A DNA stretch of 64,000 nt from the NCBI GenBank assembly GCA_964016885.1, contig OZ024759.1, forward strand, positions 34,782,001 to 34,846,000, written 5' to 3'. This DNA is from Eledone cirrhosa (taxonomy: Eukaryota). The position numbers and the translations under genes are program-made. The notes beneath the pieces are model-generated. The model ran no database searches. It was given only the letters and a program-made list of their open reading frames with translations, and was not told the origin of the DNA. Below are positions 55,319-64,000 of the stretch, in pieces. Positions within the stretch are counted from its first letter, which is position 1. Each line of letters starts with the position of its first letter.

Positions 55319-56157
55319 GTAAGTTGTTATATCTATCAGTGGACCTATTATTTCTCTTGTTCTTCTTGTTATTGTGTGTGTGTACATATGTATATATATA
55401 TGTGTGTGTGATTGTGTGAGCATGTGTACATATATATATATATGTGTGTGTGTATACTGTATATATATATATATGTATACTGTATATGTATATATGTATG
55501 TTCCACAAGGGAACGAGCGAAGGCTTCAAGAACATCATCTGATGAGATCATGGCACTGGGTATGCGGAATCGTGTGGCCACTGTTGACATTGAAATATGT
55601 ATCACAGCATTATCAATAGAGGACTTTAACATCTGAAACTATTCCGCATTTTCTTATTCTATATCTATAGCATGGAGGATGGACGTTAAACAAAGATGAT
55701 GATGATTATATATATATATAGATATAGATATAAATATGTGTGTATGTGTGTATATATATATATAATTACATTTTTGTTCAGATGTTATTTTCCAGGTCTA
55801 CTAGTTTCCCCACAAAACAGATTTTCTTTTATTTTTAATACAATTTTTGGTTTTTCATTTTTTTATTCCATTCATTTTATTTTAATCTTTCTTTTTATAC
55901 ACACACACACACATATATACATATATATATGTGTGTGTGTGTTATATATGTTTATGTGTGTTTATATTTTCCTTCAATTTTTTCTTGTGATGTCCTAGTT
56001 TTTCTATAATTCCATTGACAGCTCGACAGAATTCAAAAACAATGTCATCCCTCAGGGAGCTTTTATATAGAGAGAGATAGAGAACTAGAAGGGGAGATAG
56101 ATAGGGAATATGTATTTCTATATCTATATATATTTCTCTCTTCTCTACTTCCCTATA

Positions 56158-56238
<81 letters not shown>

Positions 56239-56540
56239 CCTATCTGTATATACATCATATATATATATATATATATATGATGTATATATATATATGATGT
56301 ATATACAGATAGGTATATATATATACCTATCTCTCTCTATATATATACACCTATCTGTATATACATCATATATATATATATATATATGATGTATATACAG
56401 ATAGGTATATATATATACCTATCTCTCTCTATATATATGCACCTATCTGTATATACATCATATATATATATGATGTATATACAGATAGGTATATATATAT
56501 ACCTATCTCTCTCTATATATATACACCTATCTGTATATAC

Positions 56541-56611
<71 letters not shown>

Positions 56612-56783
56612 TATATACAAATAGGTATATATATATAGAGAGAGAGAGAGTAGATATAAGGAAGAGAGAAATATAGATATATATGCATGTAGATATACAT
56701 ATATATATATATATATGATGTATATACAAATAGATATATATAGGAAAGTAGGGAAGAGAGAAATATATATATATATATACATG

Positions 56784-56831
<48 letters not shown>

Positions 56832-58754
56832 GGAGGTAGATAGATAGGTAGACATACATATATGTCTGTGTGTGTGTACACATATATATATGTATATATA
56901 TATATATATACGTGTGTGTGTGTGTTTAAGTAACCAAGTACTGGGAGTTTGGGGCGTTTGTTTTGCTTTTTTTACAGTCAGTTAAATGTTGTTTTTGTTT
57001 TTTTTTCTTTTGTCGGATTTTCCCCCTCTATTTTGTTTTAAGCATATTTAGATATTGTGATATACAGTGTATATATATACTGTATATATGTATATAATTT
57101 ACATATATGCTGTATATATATAATATATATACTGTGTATATATATATGTATATAATTTATATATATATAATTTACATATATGCTGTATATATATAGTATA
57201 TATACTATATATATAATTTATATCTATAGTATATATACTGTAGATAAAATGTATATATATTATATATACTGTGTATATATAGTATATATACTGTAGATAT
57301 AATTTATATATATTATATATGCTGTATATATATATAGTATATATACTATATATATATTTATATATATTATATATGCTGTATATATATAGTATATATATAT
57401 ATAGTATATATACTATATATATACTATATATACTATATATATAGTTTATATATATTATATATGCTGTATATATATAGTATATATATATATAGTATATATA
57501 CTATATATATACTATATATACTATATATATAGTTTATATATATTATATATGCTGTATATATATAGTATATATATATATAGTATATATACTATATATATAC
57601 TATATATACTATATATATAGTTTATATATATTATATATGCTGTATATATATAGTATATATACTATATATATAATTTATATATATTATATATGCTGTATAT
57701 ATATACTATATATATAGTATATATACTATATATATAATTTATATATATTATATATGCTGTATATATATACTATATATATAGTATATATACTATATATATA
57801 ATTTATATATATTATATATGCTGTATATATACTATATATATAGTGTAGATATACTCTATATATCTCTCTCTATATATCTTATATCTCTTCTGACGTCACA
57901 ATGACTTCTCAAATATTTTTATCTAGTGTTTGTTCTTGTTAGTGGAGATGGTGGTGGTTGGGGAGTTGGTGGTGATGGTGATGGTTGTGGTAGTGGTAGT
58001 AACCATGGTGATGATGGTGATGGTCGTAGTAGTGGTGGTTATGGCTGTGGTGGTGGTGAAGCAGGCACTGTTGCTGCTACTGGTGGAGGTGGTGATGACG
58101 GTAGTTGTGGTGGTTATGGTTGTGGTGACTGTGGTGGTGGTGAAGCAGGCACTGTTGCAGGTGGAGGTGGAGGTGGAGGTGGTAATATATTTCTGTAGTT
58201 CTAAGTCATTACATTACAACAGATCCACTTATCTATTTACTGTCAACCAAGAAACCTCTGAATTATAACTAATAATTCTGTTTTAACCATTACAGTAACC
58301 GATACTTATCATATAGTCTATTTTATAAGAACTAAAGCACCAGTATTCGAACAGCGGTCACACTCGCTCAGTCGCACTCACACTCGGTCACACTCTCACT
58401 CAGTGACACTCTCACACACTGTCACACTTGATCACATGCACACAGTCACACTATCACACCATCACTCAGTCACACTCTTACTCAGTTACACTGTCACACT
58501 CACTCAGTCACACTGTCACACTCTCACTCAGTCACACTGTCACATTCACACACTGTCACACTCTCACTCAGTCACACTCCCACTCACACTCAGTCACTGT
58601 CACACTCTCACTCAGTCAAACTCACAGTCACAATCTCACTCGGTCACACTGTCACATTCTCACTCAGTCTCAGTCACACTCACACACTGTCACTCACACT
58701 CACACTCTCACTCAGTCAGCCTCTCACTCACACTCTCTCTCTTCTCTATTTCAG

Positions 58755-58841
58755 TCGTTTACAAAACATCACTGGTCTGAACATAATTATTGACAGAATT
58801 AAAACACACCAAAACCCAAATGGAGAACCAGAAGTGAAAAA
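58755..58841 (+). CDS. Cadherin exon P
   Basis: tcag|RLQNITGLNIIIDRIKTHQNPNGEPEVK|gtaaga, phase 2-2. Confidence 0.88.
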
Positions 58842-59094
58842 GTAAGAACTTTCTCTTTCCTATATATCATATAAGATGGTAAAATGGCGGAGTTTTAGAA
58901 TCTCAGATAGAAAACCTGGTGGTATTTGTTCTGGCTCTATGCTCTCTCAGTTCAAATCCCTCCGAAATCAACTTGCCTTTTATCCTTTCAGGCTAATAAA
59001 TTACCAGTCCAGTACAGTATTTAGCTGGTCTGGTGTTTGGAACATAACTTAACAAAGGTTCTTACATAGAATATCTACCTAGGATTGATTTTCT

Positions 59095-59390
59095 TATGAA
59101 AGACACTGCCTATGATTTTCTGGTGAAAAACACTGCCTATAATTTTTTATGAAAAATACTGCCTATGGTTTGCTTATGATTTACCTATGAAAGACACTGC
59201 CTATAATTTTTATGAAAGACACTGCCTATGATTTACCTATGAAAGACACTGCCTATAATTTTCTTATGAAAGACACTGCCTATGACTTACTTTTGAAAAA
59301 ACAGCCTATGGTTTACCTATGAAAGACATAGCCTATGGTTTACCTATGAAAGACATTGCTTATGATTTACCTATGAAAGACACTGTCTCT
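59095..59390 (+). repeat. About 27-bp minisatellite
   Basis: AAGACACTGCCTATGATTTACCTATGA. Confidence 0.85.
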
Positions 59391-59643
59391 GATGCTCCAA
59401 TAATCAAAGAATTATAAGAGATTTACTAACATAACTTTCTCATGATTTTGTTCCTGTTTGGAAAACAACTCAAAGAAGATTCTTCCATTAAATTATGATA
59501 TGAGGTTTTATATAAATAAAAACATCTTAAAATAAACAGTTTTTTTTTTTGCTGTAGAACCAGAGGAGATGGTTTTAAGTGTGTTGATATAAGAAGAATG
59601 GTGAAAATATATTTACTAATTCTTGTTTTTCTTCTTTCTACAG

Positions 59644-59712
59644 AACGGATATGTTTATCCATGGTCTTAAAATGAATTCTAATGAAGTCCTTGAAGCAAG
59701 AGATTTATTGAG
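59644..59712 (+). CDS. Cadherin exon Q
   Basis: acag|TDMFIHGLKMNSNEVLEARDLL|gtaagt, phase 2-2. Confidence 0.88.
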
Positions 59713-60454
59713 GTAAGTGTGAATCGTGGTTTAATTTGTGATTTAAAGGATTTATTGAGGTAAAGTGTGAATTGTGGTTTAACCCTTTAGCATTTAAATC
59801 AGCCATATCCGGCCAGAATTCTCTCACCTCTTTCTGTTCAAACTGACTGTAACTGGCCACTCAAACTGATGTTAAATTATTGTTCTCAAAATAAATAATA
59901 TCAAAATCTCAGATTCAATATTATGTGAGATATTATGTGAGATAAAGCCTTCACCATGAAAATATGATAGAAAATATAGAGTAATGTGAATTAACCCTTT
60001 CATAACTATTTCTAACGAAATACACTATATTGATTAATTAAAGAATTTCGAGGGATTTACTAAAATTACTAATTATTTCTATATTTGGGGAGGGTCATGA
60101 TGTCCTAATACTGCCAGAAAAATATAGTAAAACACGCTCACTGTTTGGTTCGGTTTTCGCTTCAGTATATTTTTATATTTCTATAAATAATTTAGCTGGC
60201 AATCAATGTTTACCATTGATTGGCCAACAGTTAAAAATCTAATTATAAATATAGTTTCTCAATTATTTCATTACTAAGATAGTAACTTAATGTAAGGTTC
60301 TTATATAAAATTATGTTGAAAGATTTTAATTGAAATTGGAAACCTTTAAAATGGGTGATTTTGTTTCATATTATTCAAAGCTTCCATATTATTCTAAACT
60401 TCTGTATTCTATATATAAATTTGAGTGACTTCCGCCCGTCCTTCCATCACACAT

Positions 60455-60690
60455 GAGAGATGACTGAGGAAGGAAGGGGTTATGACGTCACACACTAGAG
60501 ATGACTGAGGAAGGAAGGGGTGATGACATCACACACTAGAGATGACTGAGGAAGGAAGGGGTGATGACATCACACACTAGAGATGACTGAGGAAGGAAGG
60601 GGTGATGACATCACACACTAGAGATGACTGAGGAAGGAAGGGGTGATGACGACACACTAGAGATGACTGAGGAAGGAAGGGGTGATGACA
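60455..60690 (+). repeat. 41-bp minisatellite, 5-6 copies
   Basis: CACACACTAGAGATGACTGAGGAAGGAAGGGGTGATGACAT. Confidence 0.92.
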
Positions 60691-62060
60691 AACTACAGAA
60701 AACTGCGTCTAACTGCACACACACATACACACATGATTTACATTAAAGAGAGATATTAGATGTGGAGACAAGGAAAGGAAAAAAATATCTTGGAATAGAT
60801 AATGATGGAGAAGAAGAAGGAGGGGCGGAAGTGAAAAAGATAATGGGGTGAAGGAGGAGGCGGAAGAAGAAATCGAAAAAGATGAAGATGAAGAAAACGA
60901 CGATGGTGGTGGTGATAGTAGTAGTGGTGGTGGTGGTGGTGGTGATAGTAGTAGTAGTGGTGGTGGTGGTGGTGGCGGTGGTTGTGGTAGTGGTGGTGGT
61001 GGTGGTAGTAGTGGTGGTGGTGGTGGTGATAGTAGTAGTAGTGGTGGTGGTGGTAGTGGTTGTTGTAGTAGTGGTGGTGATAGTAGTCGTAGTGGTGGTG
61101 GTGGTGGTGGTGGTGATAGTAGTAGTGGTGGTGGTGGTGGTGGTGGTGGTGGTGATGATAGTGGTGGTGGTGGTGGTAGTAGTGGTGGTGGTGGTGGTGA
61201 TAGTAGTAGTAGTGGTGGTGGTGGTAGTGGTTGTTGTAGTAGTGGTGGTGATAGTAGTCGTAGTGGTGGTGGTGGTGGTGGTGGTGATAGTAGTAGTGGT
61301 GGTGGTGGTGGTGGTGGTGGTGGTGATGATAGTGGTGGTGGTGGTGGTAGTAGTGGTGGTGGTGATAGTAGTTGTAGTGGTGTTGGTGGTGGATACCATT
61401 TTGTGTGGATTTCTATTTCGTTTCGATTTCTTTTGTTTCCGTTTGTTTTATTTCTCTCTCACGTTCTCTCTCTCTCTATTTCTCTCTTTCTCCTTCCTTC
61501 TCTTTCTCTCTCTCTCTACCTCCCTACCTATCTATCTTTCTTTCTACCTCTCCCTTACCCTCGCTATCCCTCACACCCTACTTTTATTTTTCTCCATTTA
61601 TTAAAGAAGATATCTTATAACCATCACTGCAGCAATGACTGCAGCAATGATTCGAACCTAGCTTGGCCTCGGGGGGGAATTTTATTTCAATTTAAATTCG
61701 TATTCATAGAGAAGTTAATAATTGGATAAACTTGCTTCAACCCTCCAAACATAGGGCCTGGAGCGGTCCTTAAAATAGCTTCTCCAGAACGGGTTTGGAA
61801 TGGTGGAATACATTAGACTCCTCCGCATGTGTATGTGTGTGTAAATATATATATGTGTGTGTGTGTATATATATATATGTTTATATATATATATATATAT
61901 ACACATATATATGTTTATATATATATATACATATACACATATATGTTTTTATGTATATATATATATGTGCGTGTGTGTGTGTGTGTATATATGTGTGCAT
62001 TTGTGTCTGTCCACAATCATAGTTATCATATCACACATTTCACTGTATATACACCCACAG

Positions 62061-62162
<102 letters not shown>

Positions 62163-62519
62163 GGGGAGGTGAATTTGTGTGGGAGGTAATATTCATTATA
62201 GCTTAAACGTTTAGTTTTGTTACTCCCAAGATCATCAGACAAGAAGGAAAGAGGAACACAAATTACTATTATTTTATTCATCTGCATTGGAACTACTACA
62301 TACCCAAATTTTTTCAAATTTCTCCAATTGGGCTTTTTTATTTGTTTATTTGTGTTTTTATTTTTGATTATTATTTTTGATTTTTTTTTTTTTTAAACTT
62401 TTCTCCGCACAAAACAGAATAAGTTGGCGGTGGTGTTGGTGATGTTGGTGAGGTGTTCAATACCAGGAAACATGGTAATTAAATGATTGATTCTCTGTAT
62501 TTTCTCGCTATTTATTCAG

Positions 62520-62586
62520 ATTAATTGATTACAACACTGCTCATCTAGTTGGTATTCTCAATGACTATAATATAATTGAAATAGTG
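62520..62586 (+). CDS. Cadherin exon R
   Basis: tcag|LIDYNTAHLVGILNDYNIIEIV|gtgagt, phase 2-0; transmembrane exon expected downstream. Confidence 0.85.
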
Positions 62587-62924
62587 GTGAGTACAATTCT
62601 TAACTCTTCTTTTCTCTCACTTTCCTATTTAGTTGCGTTGATTATTATTCAACAGAATTAATTTTATAACAGACTTGAAGCACTCTACAATATTTATTTG
62701 GAATATTAACAATATTAATAAATGGAAAATATCTTTATAATGCCATATTAAAATAAAATAGATATGGTGTGATAAAGATATTTTCCATTTATTAATATTG
62801 TTTATATATATATCACATATATATATATATCATATATATATATATATCCTGTTATATAACATATCATATGATATATTATTATATTAGCATGTAATATGTT
62901 GCTATAATATATCATCAAATACTA

Positions 62925-63027
62925 CAGGGTGTCCAAAAAAATATGTATACACGCATTGAATACCTTGTACAGGCAATATTTATTAGAATGCTGTTGAAGT
63001 GTGTATACATTTTTTTGGCACACCCTG
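62925..63027. mobile_element. Tc1/mariner-like MITE
   Basis: TA-CAGGGTGTCCAAAAAAATATGTATACAC ... GTGTATACATTTTTTTGGCACACCCTG-TA. Confidence 0.8.
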
Positions 63028-63332
63028 TATATATTTGTGATAAACTCTTATATATATCACATATATATATATGTATGATATTATCATATAATATAATGTA
63101 TATCATTGTATACTATATATGTATGATAAACTATTATATATTATATAATATGTTGATGTATATTGTATACTATATATGTGTGATAAACTCTTATATATCA
63201 TATATGATATATATGATATATTATCATTATATATGATATATTATCATTATCATATTATTAAATAATTTTGCTACTGTTCCGAAATCTGTTGCTATTGGTC
63301 ATCTTTTGTTTACAGGTGTTTTACCTATGATG

Positions 63333-63397
<65 letters not shown>

Positions 63398-64000
63398 AAA
63401 AAGAAGTTGAAAATGCAATTGGAGTCTTTAAGAAGGTTTATTTACTATAACTTCATTTATAACAACTTTACCGGTTTCACAAGTTTCATGATTTTCAAAA
63501 GTTACAAGAGAGTTACAAGTTGACTTAGCCACATCTCTCTCCATCTCTCTTAACTTTTGAAAATCATGTAACTTGTGAAACCGGTAAAGTTGTTATCAAT
63601 AAAGTTGTTGTAAATAAAACTTCTGAAAGACTCCAATTGCATTTTCAACTTTTTTTTCTTATATTTTTACCCATGACGGATATATTAAAAAGAAATTACT
63701 TTCGAAAATATATATATATATATATATTTCTATATTTATAATATATTTATACATACACACTCGATATTCCATTTGCAACCAAAGGTTACATGAACTAACA
63801 AAGCCTGCATAAGTGCAAGCTAGGGTTGTCAGTGATATCTTCAGGTATTATGCATACGAATCATAATAAATAAATATTATCTCTGTTTCTGTATATCATA
63901 TATAGCACTCTTTCTTCTTGTTGATATTTTCTCTGCACAAACACACACACACACACTTATACACACACACATATACATATATAGACAAGAAATCCCAGTA

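Overview
AT-rich, microsatellite-saturated animal genomic DNA; the repeat content (tRNA-derived CORE-type SINEs, (TA)n/(CA)n/(TC)n tracts) suggests an octopus-like cephalopod, which is inference. The window is mostly the introns of one + strand cadherin gene (Cad87A/CDH23-like). I reconstructed 18 GT-AG exons between 11434 and 62586 with matching phases. They give about 1249 aa: 10 full cadherin repeats after a partial one, then a membrane-adjacent domain; both gene ends lie outside the reconstruction. The first exon has a 1-nt frameshift. Upstream of it is an L1/Tx1-type LINE (7346-10410) plus a 5'-truncated second copy, both ending in (TATC)n. The introns hold RTE and RLE-type non-LTR fragments, SINEs, MITEs and many minisatellites. 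Most notable: several minimal type I hammerhead ribozymes in Penelope-like, often palindromic elements next to (TA)n tracts, and a triplicated exon end that creates two in-frame 36-nt candidate microexons. Nearly all long ORFs in the supplied track are microsatellite artefacts.
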